Source: Antedon mediterranea (Eukaryota > Animalia > Echinodermata). Taken from it: a stretch of DNA of 64,000 nucleotides. Made by a program: the position numbers and the translations under genes. Of the stretch, positions 33,501 to 47,000 are shown piece after piece. The first letter of the stretch is position 1. The number at the start of each line of letters is the position of its first letter. The stretch lies in NCBI RefSeq assembly GCF_964355755.1, contig NC_092678.1:15295881-15359880 (forward strand), written 5' to 3'. The notes under the pieces are model-generated. The model worked only from the letters and a program-made list of their open reading frames with translations. It made no database searches and was not told the origin of the DNA.

Positions 33501-35050
33501 CATAATATCCAAAAAGGCTTACCTTTTTTCGGTTATAAAATATGGGCATATTCACATACACAAGAAGCATATACACACACACAAGAAGTATGCTTTTAAA
33601 ATGTTCAAACGTTATTATTTGACTACAATAACACATGAGTGATTTGAAAATGTTCTTAGTCATGCAATGGTTTAGATAATAATGTCCGAGCAACCCCTCC
33701 CCCACCCAGCCGGCTGCGTAGTGTCGAATGGGTTGTGTATAAAAAAAAAGTGTAGGAGATTTGCAAATAATAATTATGGCTTTACTGTTTGTTTTGAACT
33801 AAAATACTGCGTTATCATTAGGAGGTCTATTATTATTACTATTATTATTATTTATATTGAAAACGCATATTTCTAAAAAAATAAATTGTATAAAGCTCTG
33901 TCTACACTATCAATATATTTATGTGACAAAATGCGATGTGCCCTTATATGTACATGATGATGTCATATAACTAACATATTAGGTATATCACTACCGTATT
34001 TTGGCACATCACACTAACTGTTTTGTCAAACTAGATAACACGTTATCATTGGGGTTTGCCAGAACAACAGGATCTAAAAAAGACTTTGGAACTAAATGCT
34101 ATCTTTTCCAAAAGTCAATAAATGTCAACAATATTACAATCTATAACAAATTTATTTACTGTTATGTTTCTCTAATTTAATCAGTTCGGTGATGGTGGTG
34201 AATGGCCAAATTCCATTTACTGTTTGTGGTAGTCATCATACGGTACAATACACGAGTTGTTAAACATCATTATTACATATACTATCAAGATCACAGCGGT
34301 ACATTTTCGCGGTTAATGTATAATTCAAGTACATTGTGATTACTGGCGTCAATTAACATAAGGTATGAACATAATATATATATTAAATTCTCTCTAAATT
34401 AATCTTACTTAATAGGCCTATATCAATCTACACTTATTTCTACATTGTATTATTGATGTATATCTAGTTAGTGATTGCCAGATTCGATTAACAGAATTAT
34501 ATAAATAATTGTATAATTCAATGGATACTAAATATTCTACTTGATTCTTGATACTCTATATGAGTCTCCAGTACAGTATCATATAAATATTCTGGAATAC
34601 AGCATCACATGTGTTTTTATAGTAGGCCTATACTAAACCATAATAGAAACCCTTAACTTACAGCACTGAGATCTCTAAATAAAATAAATTTAAATTAATC
34701 TATACTTAGCAGTGTATTATATATACTTTAAATTTACATGATTAGACTTCAGTGCAGTGATTATTTGCGTCAATTATAAACAGCTCATGTACATTAGATA
34801 ATTTTCCAAATTAAATTTATTTTAAATGTAATTAATAAGCAAACAAATTTACACCTAGTGCGGGACATATATTATTTTCCTCAAGATTACGATACTTTAT
34901 TACAGTGATTGTAGACGTTGTCGTATTGCAATGTAGTATACAGAAATATAAATTAATTATAATTTAAATTTTATGAATTAGATTTGTACGAAATGTAATT
35001 AATATAGATGTACATCAACCGGAATACATTATTACTTCGCACTACAGTAT

Positions 35051-35362
35051 ACAAATAATGAATGTTTATGAGTGCAATGGTACAAATAATGGCACAAGGT
35101 GAATGATGAAAGGTTATATCAACGAGGCAAAGCCGAGTTGATATAACCTTTCATCATTCACCAAGTGCTATTATTTGTACCATTACACGAATACAAAACA
35201 TTCATTATTTGTTTTATATAACATCTAGACGTTTTTTTTCGTACACAAAAATGTTTCAAAAAGTACTATTTAACGATCGTTGAATAGTGCGTACTATTGC
35301 ACGCCATGTGACCCACATTCGTCCAATCAAATGACAGGAATTTATATAGGTGTTATATAATA
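35051..35362. mobile_element. Non-autonomous element end with a 162-nt near-perfect hairpin (35051-35212)
   Basis: The arms pair over about 79 bp around a ggc-aaa-gcc apex. The adjoining 35225-35362 recurs inverted at 4395-4550. Confidence 0.7.
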
Positions 35363-35817
35363 TAAGTTATAGACTTCAGTAACCGTTTAGATTTACGCAA
35401 GGCATGAACAGTTCGTGTAAATTAGATATTACATTTTCTAAATTAAGTTAATGTATAATAAATACAAATTGACTTTAGTGGTACTTGATATTAGTATGCC
35501 GAGATTAAGGAGGCTAGCAGTACATTGTAAGGAAGCGTCGATTTATGTAAGGTCTTTATGTAAATTAGACGGAATTTGAATTTCAAAATTAAATTTTATT
35601 TTAACAAATGAATACTTAAGATTTCGTACAGAGTAGTTGTCGGCGATTAATGAAATGTTTGATCTTAAGCTCGGTTCACACTATGAAATTGTATTTGACA
35701 AAAAATGTGATGTGATAATATCATATAATATGAACATGATGATGTCCACTAGCATAATCGGAGATATTACTACCATTGGGCACATTACACCTTTTTTTTG
35801 TCAAACTAGTTTGATAG

Positions 35818-36369
35818 ATTTCTGCAAGTGTTGGGCTACAACTAAATGAAGGAAAAACTTAATTGTATCATATAATCAATCCGGAACAATTACAATTCAG
35901 AATGGTATAGAGATAGACAAGGTGAATGATTAACAGTATATGGGAAGCTTTATTAACACGACCAGCAGATATTTTGAAATAAGAAAAGGAAAAAAAAAAC
36001 ATTCAATTGACAAATGAAATCAAATATACGGAACAATACAGATCTTCAAGAGAAATGTTGAATCAGTATTTCTACATGGATCACTACAAAGAAAACTTCA
36101 GAAAGCAATTGATGAAAGTCATTCACTACTACGTCATGCTGCTATGGTCATAAAATAAATCAGTCACGAACAACGATATGGCTCTTTGGAATTATTAAAG
36201 ATGTTCTGATGTTGGGAGCCAAAACATAAGGAAAAAAATGAAGGCTATCACTCACATACATTGATGAACTAGAGACGGATACTGGTATGCAGAGAGAGGA
36301 ACTGGCTGTCACAATAGGAGAAATGAGGAATCTAGTCATACATGTTCGGGTATGTCCCGGACTAAGTAA
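35818..36369 (+). mobile_element. Decayed, 5'-truncated RTE-like LINE inserted into a palindromic MITE
   Basis: Remnants YMGS, NVESVFLHG, TYIDELETDTG; taagtaag tail; near-perfect TSD agt(t/g)tgatag at 35808-35817 and 36369-36378; the MITE halves lie on either side. Confidence 0.65.
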
Positions 36370-37303
36370 GTGTGATAGTGTAGACAGAGATGTAAAATAT
36401 GCCTAAAAAATGTTTGTTTTTTCATTTTGTAAAGCAAACACAAAATATAGAAATACATTCATTATTTAAACAATTGTATACAAGATACAAATTAAAAAAA
36501 AAGTATAAATACGTATTAAATGACGCTTAAGGCCAATTTACACAGACGAGTGGTAACCGGATGGAATAACCTAGATATTATTTTTTTTGGCCTAGCAATT
36601 TGTATGGGTATAACATAACATTTAATTTCCTTTACTTATTGCTAATATTTTCTAATAATTTCATTAAGACAAATTGGTAATTTTTTAATTAATACAAACT
36701 GCAATTTTGTGTATCTTGTTTCTTTTTTTTTCATTTTGTCTTCATAAATTCTGTTTTATATTTTTCAATTTATTGGCTATATTGATATATCACGATAAAT
36801 GGAAGTATTATTTGTTATTATTTAGGGACTTTTTTAATATGCGGCAGGATATCCGAAATCCGAAAAGTCTTTTTCTTTTAAATTAAAATCTTTTATTTAG
36901 CCTATTTATATCTCCATATTACGATCCTCTATACATGTACAGCCCTAATGTGTGTATACACTAATTTAGAGCATGAGTGTATGTTTTACTTGCTTTAAGT
37001 CGAGAATAGTTTTATTATACTATTTCATAGTATATAAATAAGATTTTATAGACTCCAAAATTGTATACGTTATTTGTTCTTCCAAAGATCAGTCGTTTAT
37101 TGCCCAGTGCTGTATTATCAGATAATTGTGTAATTATTGAGTTTCATTGGCGTGCTTGTAAAAAATAAATGGTTTGATTATAATTGTTTTAATCATAATA
37201 GGCTACACAGTATTGTAACTGCTGTAAATCACACAATTATGGTTAGCCACGTGGTATGATAAATAATGTGGTTCATTACTACAATTATGTCAATCAAGTT
37301 GGA

Positions 37304-37600
37304 GCTTAGATTGGAGACCATATTTTGGGAATATCGGGTGCTGTATATGGAGCTAGGGTCCCGTTAGGCATTTGAAATCAGCACTGATGACTCTCATGTC
37401 AGCTTCTGCATCTAGCATCTGCCTCAGACGTATTGGCTTATGCCTTCCTCTGGTCAAGGTGGGCACTGGACGAGAGAAGCCATTGATCAATGTTAGGACC
37501 AATCAAGGTGCTTGAAACAGTTCTGGCTTTGTTTGTATTCAACCTGTTAGTGGCGATAATTATCGCTGTTGGTTTCAATTGAATAAAATAAAATAAAAAT
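37304..37600 (+). mobile_element. SINE with 5S rRNA-derived head (SINE3-like), 5'-truncated
   Basis: cttagattggagacc...tgggaatatcgggtgctgta (37305-37345) resembles the 5S rRNA 3' third (cttggatgggagaccgcctgggaataccgggtgctgta). A unique body and an (aaata)n tail follow. Confidence 0.6.
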
Positions 37601-38073
37601 ATAAGTGGGATTTTATAGACTTATGTCAATGCAATATTATGTTCGTGAATAAACTATAATGCGTATTGTTACTGACTATTATTGAAAAATTATAAGCCCA
37701 GCTTTATTGTGGAATACTTCGCATAAAAATGCATTCCATTTATAAGCATATTCAAAATGTCATACATTTTGTATTGTCCGATTGATTATCAACACTATAC
37801 GAATAACCTTCAAACGAAATCTAAACTTAAGAATTTTCTTTTTCATTATTCCTCTTTTTGTTACTTTATTGAACTATTATTGGCGTTTTATAGAGATTTA
37901 AATTTAAATAAACACTTTTATAATATTCGTATTGTATGCTTCTTTGTAATTGATGCTTTGTATTATTTAGGGTCACGGCACTTTTTACCATCGTGAAATG
38001 TTATGGTTAAATAAATAAATTAGTTTTTATTAATTCATTTTCATTCCCCCAGGTTATATGTAAAAAAAACAAG

Positions 38074-41000
38074 ATGGCGCACATTTATGAGAGAGTGGTA
38101 AGCTTAATCTCAAAGCCTCCTGATAAAAGACACGAGCGAGATATTGATCTTCTTATATCATGGTTCCAAAACATGAGTGGACTTTTTAAGTCACAGAAAA
38201 CAGGTGAGTGTCTCTGTCTACATTATCAAACTTTATGTGACACAAAATGTGCCCATATATGGACAGAATACATTTAATCTTTATTGGTCCAAACGGAAAT
38301 TTATTTTGTTGACAAGCTCAAAACAATTATAAATATCAAAAAGTCATGGATACAAAAAATACGCGTGTAAAATATAACATATAAACATACGAATAAACAC
38401 CAAATATATAAATCACTATATAAGGCCATCTGTATATAAGGCCATGTACATGGCTGCAGTTGCTTGCTCAAAATAGTGTTAGTGTTTACCGACCCATCGA
38501 CAAAGCGATCGACCGACCGACCGGCCGACCGACATAGTTTGCACGTCACTAAAAATATACACACGATGATATATCAATACCTCATTTAGGCACTTCACAC
38601 TTTATTGTCAATCAGTAGTTTTCCACGTGATGTTTGGTAGTGTAGACATAGCTTCATACAGACCAGTCACAACGGCTATTTGTTATATGGTCTCTCTCCA
38701 AGAAACCTGTTTTCGATCTGTCATCAATAATTATTATACGATAACATACACTTTGGAATGCTTAAATTTCAAGAAAAAAAGTACATTAGTTATAAATTAT
38801 TATTATTATTGTTTGAAAAGATATATAACTATATTAATAGTACACATGCTAAACATTTTTGCCTTAAAATCAGAAAATCGAAAATGTTAATATTTGAAGT
38901 CACAATATTAACAACATAGAAACGTCGAGTTAAGCAATCAATTGGGTTTTATTTGAACATGAGAGTTCATTTATCTTTTTTTGTAAGCGATTAATTATTT
39001 CCGTGTTTAGTTTGTCAAATGAGAAAACAACAACATATAATTTATTCCGGAATATCTTTATTTGTTTTAAATGTCACCTAAGCAGCCACAGGATAAAACC
39101 GTAGTTGTATTTTATAAGCCTACATGATAAATAGGTGAACTAAAAACTTTAACAAACAAAAAAACAGCAGATCATACATCAAAACATAATTTACAAAAAT
39201 TGAACAGTCTAATTATAGGAACATGTTTCTTGAATTTCTTGAATCGCTCAGTTCTGCAAAAAGGTATACGAAGGAGAGGGTAAGACCGATAAATAGATAA
39301 GCATGCATTTTTCTTATATAAAACAAAATAATTTAGAAAGTTTTTCGTTCTAGAATTATAGAATACTCATTTATTCTGTCTTTGATAAAATATATATTTT
39401 TTTTAAATCCAATCAAATGACGTCATGATCAATAAACAAAAAATATCGTTGTATTGTCACGATATTATTGCTCTTACTAATCATGACGTCATTTGATTGG
39501 ACGTCTGAAAATATTATTTTCATCAAAGGAAGCATAGATGGTTCCTAAATAGTCCTAGAATAAAAACTGTTTAGATTTCTTTTGTTTTATGTATGAGCAA
39601 TGCATATTTGTTTATTTATCGTCGATCGTTATCGTCCTAGTGTAAATGGGCCTTTAAAAGGAGGGACACACTTCCTTCTCGTAGCAAGCGATGGAAAATC
39701 GGCCTTCATCTATGCATATTGCATGGCTAAAGTTTGATGCTATTTATATTATTTTGTTTCAGCCGTTGAAATAGTATATTAGGAATATAATAATATATAA
39801 TATAAAATAAAAACAAATCATTCTTGCGAAGGATTAAGAGGTTGGGTTTGGTTGGTGAAACGGTATAGTATTGGTACACTACGGAATATCCTTATCTTAG
39901 AAAAGTATAATATTATCATACGGTTGCATCTAAAGCTCTTTCTACACTATCAACAATTATATGACAAACAAAATGTTTGGACATGATGATGTCATATCAC
40001 TACCATATTTGGGCACATCACACTTCTTTTGTCAAACTAGTTTGATAGTGTAGACATAACTTAGTAATGCGAGCCAAAGGTTACCACATCTGCTGTTGAT
40101 ACCATTATATTTTTAAGAAAAGATTTGTGATTATTATTAATGCTTGCGCTATTCCTTAAGTTAAAGTAAATATAAACGGCACTACATGCCTTCGAATGTA
40201 AAGGTTCGAACTAAAGAAGAAGGCCCTTGACAAATTCGATGGGTTGTGAACCTTTAAATTAAGTCGATTTTACTATGACCTTGTATTTTTCGGAGTCAGT
40301 GACACCGACACAAAAGCAGGAGAAACGCGAAACTAAACACGTTAACAAGGGTTCGTGATTTCATATTCAAATTGACAATGCCTACTTTGATTATGCAATG
40401 CTTACGGGTTGGTACTTGACGTGTCAACATCACATGATAAATACACTAAATGAAATCATTACGATGAACTGTATTCCTAAAACGTCCTTAAGTTTCTCAA
40501 CTTCATCGTGAAAGTCTTGTTTGGCTTGTTTTTTGTTTTTTTTTCCTGTGATGTTTTAATGGATTCTTTAATTTTTTGTTTGCGGCTAAAGCGCTCGTAA
40601 CTACAATGTATACATATAACAAGGCCATATATACATGGCTGTAGTCGCGTGCTCAAATTTGAGTTAGTGTTTATCGACCGACCGACCGACCGACAGACAG
40701 ACCGACCGACATAGTGAGCTGTAGATGCGCGTTTGTACGCGACTAAAAAAGTAGAACTATGCCCCAATGGCAGAAATTTACAATAATTTTGAAAGTAAAA
40801 AAACATGTTGTAATCAGTAATCATATTAAAGCATGCACTCTTTAGCAGTATGTGGTTACTAAAGCTACGTTTGCACTGAGCTCAGATTCCGATCCGGAGG
40901 CCGGATAAAAATATCGTGGGAAATAAGTTAAGAATAAAAGATTTCACACAAAGATATAGATTTGATCCGGTGCACTGATCCGGAGCAATAGAATCATAAA

Positions 41001-44000
41001 TCGATTATTCGGTGCTCTAAATTCTAGTTTAAAAAGTGTTGATTTAGCCTTTAGAATTGTGTTAGAAACACTATTTTCAATTAGAACCGGCAAAACGGCA
41101 TTGTCATATTGATATTCAGTAACAATATTTTTGTCTGCATTAGTTTGGAAATTAACAAGGCCATATACATGGCTGCAGTCGCGTGCTAAAGTTAGTGTTT
41201 ACCGACCGACCAACCGACCGACCAACCGACATAGTAAGCTGTAGAGTCGCGTTGCACGCGACTACAAATTAAATGGGTTGTTTAGCTCGTATTTTGTACC
41301 GCGATGGCTTATCTAGGTCGGCATAACAAAAGAAATAGAACTTTGTTTACTCACTAAGCTACTGATCAAATAATCCACATTTCTATTAAGTAATAGTGGA
41401 ATCTTATTTCAACTGATTGAATAATACACTGGATAGTATAACATAGCCCCGTTTTTTCAAATGCTGCAATTTAGATTTGATTGGCACCTGAGCCCAAACA
41501 AGGAGCATGATTTTGTCTGACTGTAATTGTAATTCTGAATCAACAATATTTATTATCGATATGACAACATTTCGTAGGCCTAAAGTTTGAGAAATCCCTG
41601 AGGTAGTTTTATTATTATGGCATGGCATTTTTGTCCCGCATTTTTTTTTTATCTATGGATTTTAAGTAACACTTCCTCTATGGTTCATGCGATCAGAATT
41701 GAGTTCCAGTTCGATACGAAATGAATATCATAATTATAGAACATCAAGATAATATCTACCGGTTCAAAACACTGTATTCATCCATTTAAATAGATTTGTC
41801 CATGGTTAATTTCGGTCAGACTTGAGTTCCAGATTGTTTCTATGAAACCAGTATATACTATGAAACATCAACATATACCACACCTTTTCTATTGAGCTGA
41901 ACTTTCCTGAAAACTATTGAAATAATGAAGGTAGAATTATTATGCATTTCTAATATGTGTGCGACATTGTATTCATCCATGTAGGAACTAAGTACATTTC
42001 TTCCAGTGTTCATTTCAGTCAGAATTTAGTTAGTTCCGAGTTCGATTTGATTATATTATTATTATTATTACAGATCACTAAGATATTTATGTCATTGCAA
42101 CTTTAAACAATAATAAAGCAAATAATTAGAGGTGATGAGTAACGAATGTCTGTTTATGTTACCGAAATAAACAGACGACTTCAGAGTGACTTGTTACATT
42201 ATTTATATCTATGTTATAGTTCTTTTTTTAAATAGTCAGTTTGCGTCACATCATCGTAGAAAAAATTGTCTAAGCAATCTTTGATTAAAATTCCTGTTTC
42301 TGATTTGATTTGATTTGATTTGATTTGATTTGAATTTATTTGGAAAATCATCATAAAAAATACATACAAAGTGATAACATAAATTACGGACATTATAAAT
42401 AATACATTTTATAAAAGACTTTCCAGGATAGCCCAAAAAGCTTATCAGCTTATTTCCATTGGGATCTAATTTTTTTTCTCTTAAAGATATATTGTTCCTC
42501 TGAAAACGGTATACATTTTTTGATTGAATATGTATTTTAATATCCCATAATAGTTATTCACAAAGATTGGATCGAAACAAAAATGATTTAGTATTGTGTA
42601 GAAATGGAATAACATTATAGTAACCTGTGACTACAAGATGCAATTTTATTTCTTAATTCTTATTTTTAATTGTATAGGCCTACTTTATATCTATCTATGC
42701 TAATGAGGGGTATGTACGTGATCTTGCCTATCTGCATAGCATCGATCAGGGAGGTACAGAAATAATATTTCTATATCTCCCTGATTACAATATGTATTGT
42801 TGTATACATAATGAATTAATATGATACTTCAAAGGGAATGTTGGTAAACGAAGTTTATCTCCTTTTGATTGTGAAAGTCCTTATCATCTTGTATGTTTTG
42901 GTTACTAATAAATTTCATGAATGCAACCTACAAACACCTTTATCGAAGTCTGTTATGAAGCTGGCAACCAATAAGGTGCTAAATATTATAATTAACACAT
43001 AAAATACAAAAGCTTTAAAATTGTCTTACTGGAATAACAAATGTAGTTAATGTGCTATTGTATGGTGTTATTTAATTGGACCGTACTATGATTTGAATAA
43101 TAAAAATACATAAAAAAAGTACATAATCACGTATACGTCAAACAATTATTACAGGGTCTTGTGCTTAGTCAAACTAAATGACTTATATTCGGTTTTTTTA
43201 AGTAAGTACCCACATACTACTTTTAGTATCACATTAATCACAATAAAATGCGAACCTTTGACCAGCTAATAATATAAACAATAAACGGAAGGACCAATGC
43301 CATAGAAACAACACGCAGAACGTATAACTTTGGCCTAATGTTATCGTAAAGTTCAAGCTGAGTACTTAATGTGGATAGTGTTTATTAATGTTATAGGTGG
43401 ATGTGAATTCACCTCTGTTCTTGTTGGAATCGTTATAACATTTTCTGAACCAGTGGGTATTTTGGCCTACAAAAAATACATGCCGAATGTGGATGTATAA
43501 TGTATTATTTATTCTTTCTGTTGACTAGCTTGCATTTTCAGTAATTTAGTACTGCGTTTCGAAATCTTCAAATTAGGCCTAGATGGTTTGAAAGTCATTA
43601 AGTAAAGAAGAAAGAAATATACATTTGAATACCACAAAGGTCGCTTTTAAATAAGAAAATTAACGTGTATATTATTACATTCCGCTCGACACAACATTGA
43701 ATGTGTCCAATATTTGAAAAGGTTAATCTTCTAAACGACGTCTAAAGATTTACTATGAGATATAGGAAACGGTGGATAAGGAGGGGAGATACTTTCAACT
43801 TACCACATTAAAATACATCTTATACATTGATAGAGGAAAATGACTATTAAAGAGAAACGTTTTTAAAAGGCGAAATTATAAAATAATAAAAGTTCGCTAA
43901 AAAGTCTACCCGTATTAAAACTCAGAACAACTTATCCATGTGTTTAAAACTTTAAAAACAATACCTGAGTCAGTGATGATTAAGTTTATTTAACACTAAT

Positions 44001-47000
44001 AAAAATTATTTATTAATACATCTAAACTAATTATTTAATAAGGTTCATTATTTCATCATTACTTTCTCATATTGTAGATGTAGTTAAAGACATTGTAAGG
44101 AATTGCAAGTTTTTATCGGTTCCCGAGGATACTGTTATTATTCGACAAGGAGATCAAGGAGACAGGTAACTTATAGTATAACATTATTGTACCACGCACT
44201 GGTTTAACAAAAGCGAGTCAAATAGGTTTGCAGGGGCACCATTTACCGTACCTAAAAACAAACAATATCGGCATGGGTTCTTTCTAAGTTCTGGTGGTGG
44301 AACAAGTATTTTCTCTGAAGGACCATAACCCGAGGTCTAATTATACACAGTTTATCCATGTTCATTTGAGAGGAGTAGGTGGTTACCTCGGTGAACTGGT
44401 TCTTATATCAGGGAAAGTACTACCTATCGTATGACGGAACAATTATTAATGTACTATTGGTAGTCCCTGGCCACATGTGCCTAAAGATAATAATAAATAA
44501 AATATATAATAGTAGTACATTATACAATTTCCATAGAAACTTGTAAGTTAAGTTAAAAACCTATTTGAAACAAATTCCAAAATCAACCCAACAGTGTGCT
44601 AATTTTTCTAATTCTCTCTTCTCTCACATCGTTTGTTATTTATCACGGATACAAATAACATACAATTGATATTACTATTCAGCTTCTTTATAATTTTGAC
44701 TGGGCTAGTGTCAATCTACATCAACCAACAACTAGAAGAACAGGGAAACTTGACGAAATCCACGCCGTTGCGTCAAAGGAAGGCGCGTTCTGGTAATCAC
44801 AGCCGACGGTCGGCCAACAGAAAAGACGGTGAAAACAAACAAGCAGCTCACAATGGCCACGGCGGCGGGAGCACGAGCACAGTTCACAATGGCGATGGCG
44901 GCGGAAGCACAAGCACAGACTCTAGAGAATCCGTGGAAAGTGAATCTGGTCATACGCGTGATTCTGGGATTTCTGAAATATCCAATGATGACGTAACACT
45001 GTCAACCGAAAGTTCGTCCGATTCTGATTCTGAAAGTGCATTTGGATCTATTAATAATTTCAAACCCAACTCAGAAAAGTTGGATAGAAAGCAATTTGGT
45101 GTTCACATACGGGAACTGGGTAAATACTTTTTTTATGATAATTTTTTATAATAATTGTTTTCATTTCAGAATAATCCATATTATGAGTTTAAAAAATATA
45201 AGCAAAAAAATAAAATTAATGAAATAATCTGTATCTTCCCATCTATAAAATTGCTACTTGCAGTGGTACGGTTCATAAAATCGTAACATATTTTCAAGTT
45301 GTAGTCAATATTTTTAAATTATTCTATAATAATTTACAGACACTGCTTGAAAACATTTCAAAGAATTAACAAAATGGATACATTCTAGGCTATCGTAATA
45401 AACCCATCCTATGTTATTTTATGTGTAGGTGCTGGTAAAAGTTTTGGAGAGTTGGCACTTGTTCAGGCAGATAATGTCAGAAGCGCTTCTATCTTATCTG
45501 ACTTATCTACGGATCTCATCGTGGTTAATAGAGATCTTTATAATCGTTGTTTGAAAACAGCACAAGAGATGCAATTTAAGGAGAAAAAAGATTTTGTCGC
45601 ATCGTGTTCTCTATTTAGGTAAGATCGCAATACAGTCAGAATTTCTATAACTAATAGAGAGTTTGTGCAAACCCACATATACGTAACCGTGTCACAACAC
45701 GTGTACGGATACGTTTTGAATTTATAGCTTTATTAATTTGGACAAAATCATTTTACGTACCTTAAGGGCTAAATGTATGTAGGAGGTTTAGATTAGCCTA
45801 GGTTTATCGGCGCATCTGGCATAGGCTTAGGCATGGCCAACATATTTTACTTCTTTGTCGTTTTCTTGAAACCTTTTTTTTACTAAATTTCTAAACTAAA
45901 TTGTCTGAGTTTTGCTGTTAATGGTGATCTGTGTCACGTTTAAAAACTTCGTCGAAACGCACGGTATTGATGTCAAACTACACATATTGTGTTACGTAGG
46001 ACATTAATTACCCATACGTTTACGGATAATGAACTCCAGAGACGTGAGGCTGCCTTACGTTGATTGAAGTCTGGTTTTTAAGAACCGCATATATTCAATG
46101 TTTCCCCGAGTTGCTTGTAGAAGACCTTGCAGCAATTGCAGAAAGTTAAATTGCTTCATATTACGTAACGTAATGTTGTAACCACACATTTACGCCTGCT
46201 CATATTGATAAAGTATAAATTATGCATGTTTAATTTTTATTTATTGGCCATTAAATTGTGCAAAACTAATGATAGAAGTGAGAACTTCACAAAACACATC
46301 ATGTTAGCTTTAGATAATTCAGCTACTTTAATTATAATCTTGTTAATTAATGAACTACTATGCTCATCAAGCCATTAGTGTCTCTTCGTGTAGAGACTAC
46401 AGTAATGTTTCTGGTGAAAATAGGCTGAAAGATCTCTTGAGATTATTTTGTTTTCTTCCAGACTTTGCATTTTATGTATTGAAATATTTTGAATAACAAA
46501 AAAACGAACTTAACAAATAATAAATCCATTTCACTTACGGTCTGTAGCCAGGTTAAAGCCAACACAGGCAACGTCGTACGACATGGCCAGACGAAACGTC
46601 TCTAGAGAACATCAAACTTATTTTAACTTTTTCCCGAAAAGATGACTCATCAGTCCTCGTCGTACGAGGCTGTCTGAGTTGGCATTAAGTCACCGACAAT
46701 ATTGTTATTGTATTCAATTTATGATTAGAAGCACGCATACCGCCATTAAACATCACTTTGTACTTTTTAGTAATTGGACACCACGTCAAAGAAAAATTAT
46801 GGCGATGAGCTTTACAAAGACTCGTTACGATTACGGCAACACTATCGTGAAGCAAGGTGAACCAGTTAGGGGAATATTCTTTGTTCTAAATGGAAATGTA
46901 AAACTGTCGGTAGACCCTCTGCACCACGTCAAACAATATCCACTTTATAGTTCAGAAAAAGAACTGTCAGTAGCTAATGCCCTCAGGTAAGTAATTACAA

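Noticed and set aside
37304-37345. Functional 5S rRNA gene
   Set aside because: Only the 3' third matches, with indels and no T-run terminator.
37384-37430. CTGATGA in the SINE body as a possible hammerhead
   Set aside because: No downstream GAAA with a paired stem II.
36527-39656. ggccaatttacac / gtgtaaatgggcc as TIRs enclosing the first CNBD2 coding exon
   Set aside because: The match is only about 13 bp with a mismatch and the inner sequences differ; more likely ends of separate MITEs.
46620-46660. CTGATGAG on the minus strand as a possible hammerhead
   Set aside because: No stem II closing onto a GAAA; it is part of a MITE inverted repeat.
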